Positions 45,590 through 55,200 of a stretch of 64,000 bases of DNA are shown piece after piece (the first letter of the stretch is position 1; the number at the start of each line of letters is the position of its first letter). Both the position numbers and the translations under genes were made by a program. Origin of the DNA: Acidimicrobiales bacterium. Its GTDB lineage: Bacteria > Actinomycetota > Acidimicrobiia > Acidimicrobiales > Aldehydirespiratoraceae. The notes under the pieces were generated by a model. It was not told the DNA's origin. It ran no database searches and was given only the letters and a program-made list of their open reading frames with translations. The DNA is taken from assembly GCA_029263175.1 (NCBI GenBank), contig JAJCXZ010000106.1, positions 5,214 through 69,213 on the forward strand. Reading direction: 5' to 3'.

Positions 45590-45618
45590 CGTTCAGTCAG
45601 TCGCCGGCGCGACCTGTC

Positions 45619-46272
45619 CTACGAGACAGGCACCCGCAGCTGGATCTCGTGGCGGCCCGGGGTTGAGGGGCACTCGGTGAATCCCATGCGGGTCAGGTAC
45701 TTCGCGTGGTCCTGGTTGGACGCCTCGGCCCACACCGTCGAGGGATCGATCCCTGACAACAGCTCCGAGTCGTGCGAGTAGACGAACCTGCCGATCTTGA
45801 AATCTCGGTACTGAGGGATGACGAAGTCGAGGTGGACCTGGAACGTGCCGTCGGCGCATTGCCGGCCGATGAACAGACCGGCGGGGACCATGTCGCGCAG
45901 GACGAAGGCCGTGACCTGGGTGGCGTCGGGTTCGTAGACGAAGTCGGGTTGGAAGTGGCCCTGGATCTCGTGGCGATGGAAGTCGAGAAAATCAAGGAGG
46001 TAGCGCGAGTCGGGGAACACATGAAGAATCCGGAACACCTCATCCTGGCGCGTGATCAGCTTGCGCAGATACAACATGTGGATACCGGCTGCGATGACAT
46101 TCAGGACGGCGATCGGGTAGGCCCCGATGCTGATCGAATAGACGAGGAAGACGCCCGCACCGGCGAGCCCGACCACCCGGAGCCGAAGGATCGACTTCTG
46201 GAGGATCGAGAAGATGATGAGGCCGGAGGCGACGTAGCCGACGATCTCGACGGCGAAGTTCGAGTCCATCAC
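45619..46272 (-). CDS. Membrane protein: YgjV-like 3-TM N-domain plus soluble C-domain of unknown function
   Basis: FAVEIVGYVASGLIIFSILQKS..VVGLAGAGVFLVYSI..IAVLNVIAAGIHMLYL. Confidence 0.45.
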   Translation of the reverse strand: MMDSNFAVEIVGYVASGLIIFSILQKSILRLRVVGLAGAGVFLVYSISIGAYPIAVLNVIAAGIHMLYLRKLITRQDEVFRILHVFPDSRYLLDFLDFHRHEIQGHFQPDFVYEPDATQVTAFVLRDMVPAGLFIGRQCADGTFQVHLDFVIPQYRDFKIGRFVYSHDSELLSGIDPSTVWAEASNQDHAKYLTRMGFTECPSTPGRHEIQLRVPVS

Positions 46273-46341
46273 TGCACCGTAGGTGACGCCGGGTCAGCGG
46301 GAGTGCCCCGTCGCCGGGAGAGGGTTCAGGTTTGTCGCTGC

Positions 46342-47358
46342 CTACCCGTCCTTCTCGTTTTGGTCTTCGTCTTTGTCGTCTTTGTCGTCCCCCGACGTGT
46401 CCTCGCCGTCCCACACTCGACCTACCCAGGCTTTCATGCGATCCGCCTGAAACGCCGCGACTCCTGCCACGAGGGCTCCGAGGAGCCAACCCACGACTTC
46501 GTTGAATGACAGCCCAACGATGAATCCGATCGCCTTGTAGCGCAGGACGGGGTGAGCAACGCGTCCCCGAACGGAGACCCGCTCGATGGATCCGCCTTGG
46601 TCGAGAGAAACCTCGCGTACTTCCACGCCGTCCACGCAGCTGCTCTTTCCCTCGGGGCTGACATCGACGAACGCATTGCAGTCGGTGGTGATCCTGATGA
46701 AGGACTTGGAGTTGGGCTCGACGAGCAGGCTGCCTATGAATGGCTGCTCGACTGCGAGTACCGATACTGCGGAAAGGCGGTCGTCAGGCGGGTATCCCAA
46801 CGGGTCGACGGCCTGCGATTCAGAGTGCTCCGCTACCACCGACGACCCTCGATCGCGGGACAAGGTGAAGCCTTCACTCTCGAGGACCCGACCCAGAGTC
46901 GCCATTGCGTCTGCCCGCGCCTCGCCGCCGAGTTCCTTGAATTGCCCGGTCGGGCCGTCTTCGGCCTGAGCGAGGACGCGATCGATGCTTGAGGTCTCGA
47001 GTGTCACAACAGTCTTCAGCTCCCAGTGGCGCGTCTCGCCACGCTCAATGAGGGTCGCTTCCAGCACGAACTCGGCCGGCTCGGACTCCATTGGGGCAAA
47101 GTCATCGCTGATTGAGACTCCGAGGAACGAGACCAGGGCGACCAGAAGGACGACCCCTCCGAAGCCCAGAGCGACCTTGACCCAGCCGAACGAGAACAAG
47201 AGGATCAAGACGCCGCCAACGACGATTCCACCCGCGACGCCCCAAAGATTCGTGGGATTGATGACGACGACAAAGGCACCCGCGAGGAGCAAGACCGCGA
47301 GGACCAATCGGGCAGTCGGCCATATCCACCGCATCTGTGCTCCTCCGTCAGCCATCAC
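46342..47358 (-). CDS. Membrane protein of unknown function with acidic KD-rich tail
   Basis: Three N-terminal TM helices, one C-terminal TM, tail DDKDDKDEDQNEKDG. The start could instead be 47334 (MRWIWP). Confidence 0.5.
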   Translation of the reverse strand: MMADGGAQMRWIWPTARLVLAVLLLAGAFVVVINPTNLWGVAGGIVVGGVLILLFSFGWVKVALGFGGVVLLVALVSFLGVSISDDFAPMESEPAEFVLEATLIERGETRHWELKTVVTLETSSIDRVLAQAEDGPTGQFKELGGEARADAMATLGRVLESEGFTLSRDRGSSVVAEHSESQAVDPLGYPPDDRLSAVSVLAVEQPFIGSLLVEPNSKSFIRITTDCNAFVDVSPEGKSSCVDGVEVREVSLDQGGSIERVSVRGRVAHPVLRYKAIGFIVGLSFNEVVGWLLGALVAGVAAFQADRMKAWVGRVWDGEDTSGDDKDDKDEDQNEKDG

Positions 47359-47426
47359 CGGACTCTAGGACGCGAATCTGAGGGGCGCAGTGGCCGCCAC
47401 CGACCGCAACCCCGACCGTTGCGCGG

Positions 47427-48293
47427 TCAGGGAAGCGTGAATCCCTTGCGCAGTGGGAGCAGGTGGAGTTCCTCGACGAACCCGAGGCGGGCGTACAGCG
47501 CGCGGGCCGGCGCATTGTCCTCGCGCACCGTGAGATGGATGCGCCCACAGCCGCGCTCGCGGAGCAGTGACGCTCCGGCGGCGACCAGGCCGCCGCCGAT
47601 CCCCGCACCGCGATGCGCTTCGTCGACCCCGAGGAAGTCGACGTAGCCCGAGTCGTCGGCGTGATGTTCGAGCGCCACGTAGCCCACGACGGCCCCGTCG
47701 ATCTCAGCCGCCAAGCGAATGTGGCGGGGATCGGTGCTCTCGACGATCTGGCGACCGGTGTAGTGGGTGTCGGGGAACAGTCGGTCGTGCAGCGCGCCGA
47801 CCGTTTCGCCGTCGCTGGGGCCGACCGGGCGGGTGGCGACGGGAGATCCCCCGACAGCGCCCTCCAGAGCGACCGCCACCGAACCGGGGTCGGCATGGAA
47901 TCCGTATCGCTCGCTCCACGTCGACAGGTCCACGAACGCGGCTTCGACGGCCATCTCCTGCTGGTTGATCTCGGCCGGAAGCCTCGCCTCGGCGTGGAGG
48001 AGCAAAGCGTCGGCCACCACCTCCCAGTTCGGTGCCGAAACGTATGGGCCCAGCCACCAGACCCGTCCGATCTCGAGGTCGAGCTCTCCGACAAGCCAGC
48101 CGACCATTTCCTCGCCAACCATCGCCACCGCCGACACCGCCTCCCAGTCTTCGATCTCGGCGATCTCGGTGGCGATACTCGGCGCCTCGAAGGACAGGTA
48201 CGCGATGTAGCGCTCCGGTCGCCCTTGGAGACCAGCGGCCAGATCGGCCATCGCGGGCACATCGTCGGCTGTAGCGAGGCGGATATCCATCAC
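47427..48293 (-). CDS. Two-domain GNAT N-acetyltransferase (MshD-like architecture)
   Basis: 288 aa. C-terminal acetyl-CoA motif VDEAHRGAGIGGGLVAA..ARALYARLGF. The N-terminal half is also GNAT-like. Confidence 0.7.
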   Translation of the reverse strand: MMDIRLATADDVPAMADLAAGLQGRPERYIAYLSFEAPSIATEIAEIEDWEAVSAVAMVGEEMVGWLVGELDLEIGRVWWLGPYVSAPNWEVVADALLLHAEARLPAEINQQEMAVEAAFVDLSTWSERYGFHADPGSVAVALEGAVGGSPVATRPVGPSDGETVGALHDRLFPDTHYTGRQIVESTDPRHIRLAAEIDGAVVGYVALEHHADDSGYVDFLGVDEAHRGAGIGGGLVAAGASLLRERGCGRIHLTVREDNAPARALYARLGFVEELHLLPLRKGFTLP

Positions 48294-48345
48294 CGGAAAC
48301 TACCCGCTCGACCTTCAACGGTTGACGAGGTCGGCCAACGTCGTG

Positions 48346-48987
48346 TCAGTCGAGCCAGGGTTCGTCGAGTTCCCACGGTTGCACGTTGTCGAACGACGTC
48401 TCTTTCGGCCGGCGAGGTTCGGCCATCCAGCGGGCCGCCGCGACACCGGCGATCAGGCCGAACAGATGGCCCTCCCACGAGATGAACTCCTGCGGGACGA
48501 GGCCCGCGATCATTCCGCTGTAGAAGCCGAGGGCGAGAAACGCCGGTGCGAGGGCGCGGGGCCGGCGTTCGAAAGCTGCCGCACCGAGAATGGCGCCGAG
48601 ATAGCCGAAGACGACCCCGCTCGCCCCTATGTGGTTGCTGCCACCGGCCGTCAGCCAGGTGAGGCCCCCGCCCACCACGACGGTGACCACGGTGACACGG
48701 GCCCAGTACCGCATGCCGCGGATGCTGACGAGGCCGCCGAGAGCGAGGAGAGGCACCGAGTTGGATGCCACGTGACCGAAATCGGAATGTAGGAACGGCG
48801 CCCACAGGATCCCGTCGAGTCCGTCGGCCTCGCGGGGGTGGATGCCGTTGCGCTGAAGCCGGTCGCCGAGCGCGACCGTGTCGACGATCTCGACGGCCCA
48901 GATCAGCACCAGGCCGACAACGAGCAGACCGATCGGTGTCCCCAGCAGACGCCGGTGCCACGGCACCGGCTCCTCATCCGGGGTCAT
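48346..48987 (-). CDS. Rhomboid-family intramembrane serine protease
   Basis: ATG 48987 with GAGGTGAGG RBS. WAPFLHSDFGHVASN, catalytic GASGVVFG and EGHLFGLIAG. The ORF-track extension to 49512 is Pro/Ser-rich. Confidence 0.85.
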   Translation of the reverse strand: MTPDEEPVPWHRRLLGTPIGLLVVGLVLIWAVEIVDTVALGDRLQRNGIHPREADGLDGILWAPFLHSDFGHVASNSVPLLALGGLVSIRGMRYWARVTVVTVVVGGGLTWLTAGGSNHIGASGVVFGYLGAILGAAAFERRPRALAPAFLALGFYSGMIAGLVPQEFISWEGHLFGLIAGVAAARWMAEPRRPKETSFDNVQPWELDEPWLD

Positions 48988-49144
48988 GGCCTCACCTCGT
49001 CTCCACGTCTCTCGGCTACGCGACCTTACGGGTCGCGTCGACACTGATCCGATCGGCCCGAAGTCGCAGGTTCCCAGGGCGTGGCAAGGACGCGACGGGT
49101 ACTGTCGTGATGCTGGGGGACAGCACCACCGATGGGGGGACGAA

Positions 49145-49321
49145 ATGGCCGAGAAAGGCAATGGTGAAGGCGCCGTGGATTCAGGCGGCACCGGGATGGA
49201 CAATCTCGATGAGGGGACGGGCGGTGGCACAGCCATAGCTCCCGACGAACCATGCATCATCTGTGGCGAGGCCCGCGGCGCAGCATCGCCCTGCCCGCGC
49301 TGTGGCACCACAGTCACGTGA
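49145..49321 (+). CDS. Small acidic Gly-rich zinc-ribbon peptide, paralog 1 (58 aa)
   Basis: MAEKGNGEGAVDSGGTGMDNLDEGTGGGTAIAPDEPCIICGEARGAASPCPRCGTTVT, with a CxxC-x9-CxxC motif. Confidence 0.55.
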   Translation: MAEKGNGEGAVDSGGTGMDNLDEGTGGGTAIAPDEPCIICGEARGAASPCPRCGTTVT

Positions 49322-49357
49322 TGAGGACACCGCCTAGCGGCGTACAAGGAGAGAACA

Positions 49358-49519
49358 ATGGCTGAAAAGGGAAACGGAAGCGGCTCAGGGACCGACGAAG
49401 AGGTCTGGGATCCCGGTGAAGAGGGTGGTGGTGGCCCCGCCCCGGACGCAGATCCTTGCGGTATCTGTGGTGAGCCACGAGGCGACGCGAACCCGTGCCC
49501 GCACTGCGGCATGGAGTAG
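49358..49519 (+). CDS. Small acidic Gly-rich zinc-ribbon peptide, paralog 2 (53 aa, below the ORF-track cutoff)
   Basis: My translation: MAEKGNGSGSGTDEEVWDPGEEGGGGPAPDADPCGICGEPRGDANPCPHCGME. RBS AAGGAGA. Shares MAEKGNG and PC.ICGE.RG.A.PCP.CG with paralog 1. Confidence 0.55.
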   Translation: MAEKGNGSGSGTDEEVWDPGEEGGGGPAPDADPCGICGEPRGDANPCPHCGME

Positions 49520-49528
49520 ACGAGACCG

Positions 49529-51709
49529 GTGGCCCATCCGGGCGCGCCTCTTGTCGGCGTCGAGCACGAGTTCTACCTGCGGTATCGCCAACACCGGGTT
49601 GACTTTCGACGACTGATCGATCACATCGAACTGCCGGGACGGCGGATCGATCCGTACGACCCGTTGGCGCACCGGTTGACAAACGGTCACATGATCACCG
49701 CCGATGACGCAGAAGCCGAATACGCGACTGCCCCGATCCCGATCGAGCCGGGCTTTCTCGACGAGGTCGTGCATGCGTGCGGCGTGGCCGGCTCCGCGCT
49801 GCGCAAGTCGATGCCGCGCCATATCGGGCTTGTGGGCGCCTCGACCCATGTCTCGGTGTCGTGCCCCGATCTTTACGCGAAGCGCATCTGCGAGATGATC
49901 ACCGCCCACTTCGCACCGGCCGTGATGCTGCTCGCCGAGGACGAGCGTTCGTTCGGCCTGCTCATTCGACCGCGCTATGGGCGAATCGAGTTCGGTCTCG
50001 ACTATGTGTCGGGCAAGGAGCTTCGTTCGCTCGTCGCCATGTGTGTGGCGATCGTGCTGTTCTGCGTCGAGATCCTCGATGGGGACGCCGAGGAGACCCT
50101 GCTGCCGAGCCGTCTCGAGCCCCGGTGGGAGACGGCGAATCGGCGGCCCGGCTACTACGTCCAACGGAACTCGATGGGTGGTGACCTCTACCGCGGTGGC
50201 CGTGCCACGTTGCTTCGTCGCCCCTCGGATGGCCCAGTGGAGGCGGGCGAACATCTGCAGCATGTCTGGAAAGCCGTCCGGCCCTCGCTTGCCCGCACCA
50301 CCGAGCCGTTCGAGTTCGACGCCGTCGACGATGTGGTCGCCGGGAGTCGACCCCTTCCCATGGAACGAGGCAAGAAGCTCGCCATCGTTCGCTCGCACCG
50401 CAAGCCGGCACCGAATCCGTATGCGGCGGCGATGCAGACCGTCACCCGCCCGTCGTTCACCGCCGAAGTCGTGACCCTTTCGTGGGACCTCGCCGTCTTT
50501 GCCATCGCCGGCCGGCGTCGTGTGTACGCCGTCGTCCCACGCGACGATCTCTCACGGTTCTGTGGCGATCTCGCAGACGGCGACCTGGACCAATGGGTCG
50601 AGGCCTATATCGCTCAGGATCCCTCGGGTCGCAAGGTCCCCAGCTACCCCGAAGCGGTCGCGGCGACCGCACTGTACGACACACCCAGCGCGCCGCTTCG
50701 CCTCGCCACCCCGGACCGCACCCTGGACGACCGCCTTTGGCTCGAGGACGGGTCACCACTCGATTCACCGCGGCTGTTGCCGAGGCATCCGACCGTCTGG
50801 GCCTCTGACGTCGACCCGGCGAGCGCAGGTGAACTCAAGTCTGTCACCCGTCCTCCCGACGTGACATCAGTCAGTGAGGTCGACACGGTCGACTCGTTCG
50901 ATCAGACCGAGACCAAGCCTCCGAAGCCACCCGACCCGGACGAGGGCCCGTTCGTCACGCCGCCCACCAGCCGGCCGCCGTGGATCTGGATCGCCACGAT
51001 CATCGCCCTCATCATTCTCATACTGGTTGTGGCTACCCGCGGAGGCGATTCCGGCGAGCCGCCCACGAGCACAGATCCCACAGGCACCGAGCCAACCGAC
51101 AGCACTTCGGCCGAAGAAGCTGGCTCGACCGACACGACACCAACCGTGACCGCTCCACCGGCCACTGGGCCCACGTCCACGACCGTTCAGCAGGCCGCCT
51201 GCAATGTCGCTGGAGATTCTCCGCCCAGTCCCGATACCGAGGCCATTGCGGCGGCCGCGGGCGACGTCGTGGCTCAGGCTCGCCTTGCCGGTGAGATCAC
51301 CTACACCGGCTACGCCCTCGGCTCCCACATCTTCACCATGGGTGTGGCGGGCGACGGCGAGACCGTATCGACGCTTCCCTCCACCCGCTGGTACAACCCG
51401 CGCTTCGTGGTGAACCACGACGAGTTCAATGTCCCGCTCAACGAGGAAGCGTTCACTGTGGATGTAGGTTTCAGCAACGAGGGCATCCTTGCCGCCACGA
51501 TCCTCGATGCGAACTTCGGACAGGTGCCCGATGTCGAAGCCACGGGTGCGTGGCTCGACGCGTCGACTCTCCAGGTGACGGTGAGCGGCGCGGCCATAGA
51601 TGGCGTCGAAGTCACACAACTCCGCATCGAGCTCGTTGCCCGTATCGGCGAACCAGATGGACCCACGTTGGCTGACGTCGAAGGAAACGGGTGCTGGTCG
51701 CCGGGCTAG
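49529..51709 (+). CDS. Single-pass membrane protein: N-terminal GS-like carboxylate-amine ligase (Amidoligase_2/GCS2-like) domain, TM, Thr/Pro-rich linker, extracytoplasmic C-domain
   Basis: GTG start 9 nt after peptide 2. LVGVEHEFYL, ITADDAEAEYATAPIP, GASTHVSVS and IRPRYGRIEFG occur in the order and spacing typical of GS-like amidoligases. TM: WIWIATIIALIILILVVA. Confidence 0.45.
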   Translation: MAHPGAPLVGVEHEFYLRYRQHRVDFRRLIDHIELPGRRIDPYDPLAHRLTNGHMITADDAEAEYATAPIPIEPGFLDEVVHACGVAGSALRKSMPRHIGLVGASTHVSVSCPDLYAKRICEMITAHFAPAVMLLAEDERSFGLLIRPRYGRIEFGLDYVSGKELRSLVAMCVAIVLFCVEILDGDAEETLLPSRLEPRWETANRRPGYYVQRNSMGGDLYRGGRATLLRRPSDGPVEAGEHLQHVWKAVRPSLARTTEPFEFDAVDDVVAGSRPLPMERGKKLAIVRSHRKPAPNPYAAAMQTVTRPSFTAEVVTLSWDLAVFAIAGRRRVYAVVPRDDLSRFCGDLADGDLDQWVEAYIAQDPSGRKVPSYPEAVAATALYDTPSAPLRLATPDRTLDDRLWLEDGSPLDSPRLLPRHPTVWASDVDPASAGELKSVTRPPDVTSVSEVDTVDSFDQTETKPPKPPDPDEGPFVTPPTSRPPWIWIATIIALIILILVVATRGGDSGEPPTSTDPTGTEPTDSTSAEEAGSTDTTPTVTAPPATGPTSTTVQQAACNVAGDSPPSPDTEAIAAAAGDVVAQARLAGEITYTGYALGSHIFTMGVAGDGETVSTLPSTRWYNPRFVVNHDEFNVPLNEEAFTVDVGFSNEGILAATILDANFGQVPDVEATGAWLDASTLQVTVSGAAIDGVEVTQLRIELVARIGEPDGPTLADVEGNGCWSPG

Positions 51710-51792
51710 GCGCAAACGAAGCCCGTCGTATCCGCGCTGTGGAACACTGTTTTGGTGAGGCGACTTGAATTGGTAATGCGTGCGGGCGTTCG

Positions 51793-52269
51793 GTGCTGAG
51801 GTACCTCACCATCGCGATGCTCGTGGTGTCGGTATTGGGCATCATTTTGAGCATCGTCCTGGTCGGCCGCGAGAGCCGCCTCAAGCCCAGGTTCGACGTC
51901 GCCCGCATCGTCATCATGGGCGCGGTCGCGGCAGTGATGACCTTCGCCATAGACATCACCACCCCGACCTGGGCCCTCGGGGCTGCACTCGGCGGCGGCA
52001 TCGTGATCGGCACACTCCAAGGCCGGAACCTCACCGTTCGTTCGACCGACAAGGGGTTGTACGCCCGACGGACCACCGTCGCCGTATTCGCGTTCATCGC
52101 CGGTCTTGCGGTCACGCAGGTCGCCGGCTACCTCAAGCGCACCGGGGCGATCCAGGTCGGCGTTGCCATGACCGTGCTGTCGGTTGCGGTCGCGGTCGGT
52201 CTCCTGGTCGGCCGCCAACCGAGGGTGCGAGCCGCCAAGGCTGAGGCCCAAGCTGAGGCCGTTCAGTGA
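51793..52269 (+). CDS. Four-TM membrane protein, stand-alone version of the TM module embedded in the 59037-64000 giant protein
   Basis: 158 aa. About 50 percent identity by eye: LQGRNLTVRSTDKGLYARRTTVAVFAFIAGLAVTQVAGYLKRTGAI..VGLLVGRQP versus SQGRNLVLRMGEKGPMGKRSTLAVLAFGVGLIVTQIAGLLNRSGAI..IGLIVGRRP. Confidence 0.7.
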   Translation: MLRYLTIAMLVVSVLGIILSIVLVGRESRLKPRFDVARIVIMGAVAAVMTFAIDITTPTWALGAALGGGIVIGTLQGRNLTVRSTDKGLYARRTTVAVFAFIAGLAVTQVAGYLKRTGAIQVGVAMTVLSVAVAVGLLVGRQPRVRAAKAEAQAEAVQ

Positions 52270-55200
52270 AGCGCCTCCTCAAGGTGGCCGTTGTGCTGGG
52301 CGTCCTCCTCCTGCTGTCCGGTTGCAAAGTCGAGATCGACCATTTCTTCGAAGAGGACGGGTCGTCCATCTTCCAGTTCGCGCTGGGAGCGGAGATCGAC
52401 CCGGACGAGGGCGAGTCGATCGACTGCGAGACCGAGGCCGGCGGCGAGTTCAGTGCGTCCTACGCCAACCTGAGTCAGCGCGGCAGCGAAACGTGGTGCA
52501 CCACCGGGATTCCCGTCGACTCGCCGGTCGAGCTCGCGTATCTCTACGCCTCATTCAACGAAGAAGCCGAGTTCCTACGGGTCAACTGCCTCAGCGTGGA
52601 AGACGGCCACCTGATCTACGACATCGAGGTTCTGCTCGACAGCTCCGGGGTCGAGGAGGGTGACTCGCTCGTCTGGCGGGTGACCGCTCCGGGCGCGATC
52701 ACCTCGACCAACGCCGACAGCCAATCCGGCGACACCGTGACGTGGAACCTCACCCGGCGCGACGGCTGGGTGTCTCTCGAGGTGAATGCCGACGATGGCA
52801 ACTGCCCGGCTGCGGGCTTCGCCCTCGATCTCGTCGCCGAGACCCCAACCACTGGCACGGCATTCATATCGGTGGCGAAGCCGACCACAAGCAGCGCCGA
52901 TGCCGACGCTCTCGTCGCTGCTCTCAGCCGCGCCGGCTGGCAGGTCACCGACCAGGGCAGCGAGATCGATGCCAGCCAGACATGGGCCGACGAAGCCGGA
53001 CTCCAGACCATCGCCGATGGTCTTGCCCCGATCACCGGCAGCGATCTCACCGTCGCCGACCTCAGCGAAACCGACGGCGACGGCAACAGCGAGTTCGAAG
53101 CCCGACTCGATCTCTCGTTCTACGAAGCCTTCTGGCAGGGCATCAACCCTGCCATCGACGATCCGCCGTTCCGGTTCTCGTGGACACCGCCCCCCGGCGA
53201 CGCCGAGTCAACCGGCGACTGGACGGTGCCGGACGCCCGCACGTTCAGCTGGGCTGTCTCTGATGCGGGCCGCATCTTCAACATGGCGACCAGGGTCACC
53301 CCCACCGAAGCCGAGGACGAGGGCGAGATCATTGTCGGCGACGAATCCGAGGGTGACGGATCAGACGACGGCGGCGACGACCCGGACGACGCCGGTGATG
53401 GCACCTCCGATGCTCCCGGTGACGCCGATGACACGGCGGCCGAACAAGCTGCGACCGACGTATTGGTTGATCAAGTCGCCGGCGACGACGCCGACGATGC
53501 AACCCGGGCCGCGACAGCTGCAGCCATAGCAGCACTGCTGGGTGCGGCGGGCCTGACCGCGGTTTCCATGGCGGAGGCGGGCCTGTCGTTGGCCGACGTA
53601 GCCGACGCAGTCCGGCATGGTGATCTCGACCGCCTCTCGAGCTCGCCCCCCGAAGATGAGCCGGTGCCCGACGGCGGTATTCGTATCTGGGACCAGGCCG
53701 CGGGGCGGGCCCAGGTGTTCGACAGTTGGGCCGACGCCGACCGATTCACGGCAGAGCTGCGCGCCCGCGAGCAAGGAGGGTTCCTCCGCGACACCGCCGA
53801 TGCCATGGACCGGAGTCGGGCTCAAGGGGCGGCCGCCGACGCCGCCGAACTGGCAGACATTCGAGCCGACCGAGCAGCCATCGACTACTGGACCCAGCTC
53901 GTTCAGGCCCGAGAAGAAGCCCTGGAGCGTTTGGAGGCAGCCGAAGCGCAACAGGCTGCGATAGCCGACGAAGGCTGGCAGGAAGTCATCGACGACGCGT
54001 TCGACGGAATCGTCCGTGAAGTCGATGCGCTCCCCGGCGAGATCCGCGACGCGGCATGGGCCACCCGCCAAGCACTCGATGCGGTGGCGGCGGCCATCGC
54101 CGATCCCGACAACTACGACCTCCAGGTCCTCGCCGAAACCGGACTCGAGACCATCTACGACGTGCTCGGCATGATGTCCGGCGGCGCCTACGGCGACGGA
54201 TTCGAGAGTGCGCTGGCACCGGTCAAGACCGTGGCCCGCGTCGGCGGTGCCCTCGGCCAGATGGCCTGGAACGACAAGGGCGCGTTCTTCGAGATGATCA
54301 CGCCGATTGGTGACCTCAAGGACTCGATGGACCCCGACAAGACGCTGGGTCAGCGCCTCGGGCACATGGGCTTCGCTCTCGCCGACATCTTCGGCACCGT
54401 TGCCGGCTTTGGGCTCGCCGACGAAGCCATGGAGCTGGGCCGACTCGCCGGGGCCACCGACGATGCGCGCCACGCCGTCGACGCGCTCGACGCGGCTCGC
54501 AAAACCGAACGGGCAACCGACGCCGTCCAGGCCGCTCGCAATGTCGAACGCACCACCGATTTGCTCGATACATCACGCGACATGGACCGGGCGTCCGACG
54601 CAGTCCAGGCGGCCCGCGATGCCGAGAAGGCCACCGAGGCAGCGGAGGCGTCTCTCTTGGCGAGCAGGGCCGACGAGCTCGTCGAGTCGCAGCGGGTGGC
54701 CGAGACGCTCAACCCGAGCAAATACAACGAGGCCACTGTCGCGGCTCGGCGTGAGGCATGGGACCAGGTTCAGAAGGAAGGCGCGGAGGCGGTCGCCGAT
54801 TTCAAGAAGCTGCCCGCCGACGATCTCGCCCGTCGTGAAGCGGCCCTGCGAGTGCAAGGCAACAAGCAGGCGCTGATGGAAATGAAGGACAACGGCCGCG
54901 TCAGCGAAGAACTCCAGGTCGCGTTCAACAACGAGATGCGCGGGATCTACAACGAGACCGACGACAAGGTCATCGATTGGCTGCTCGACCCCAAGACCCG
55001 CCCCGACGGTGTTCCCGAGCTCACGCCGCCCTTGAACGAGGTGCTCGACCCCAACGGTCGGATCACCCACGTCATCGACGCGGACGGAAACTCGATACGA
55101 CTCTTCGAGCCCACGAACGCCAACCCCGACATCGTGTCGGTCGGGGCCGACCGTGACTTCACGGTCTATGTAACGGGCGCGGATGGAGTCGAGAGGGCCG

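Noticed and set aside
48988-49512. Long N-terminal extension of the rhomboid ORF (388-aa version).
   Set aside because: The translation is Pro/Ser-rich and antisense to the two zinc-ribbon peptide genes. The ATG at 48987 has a strong RBS and yields a complete rhomboid core.
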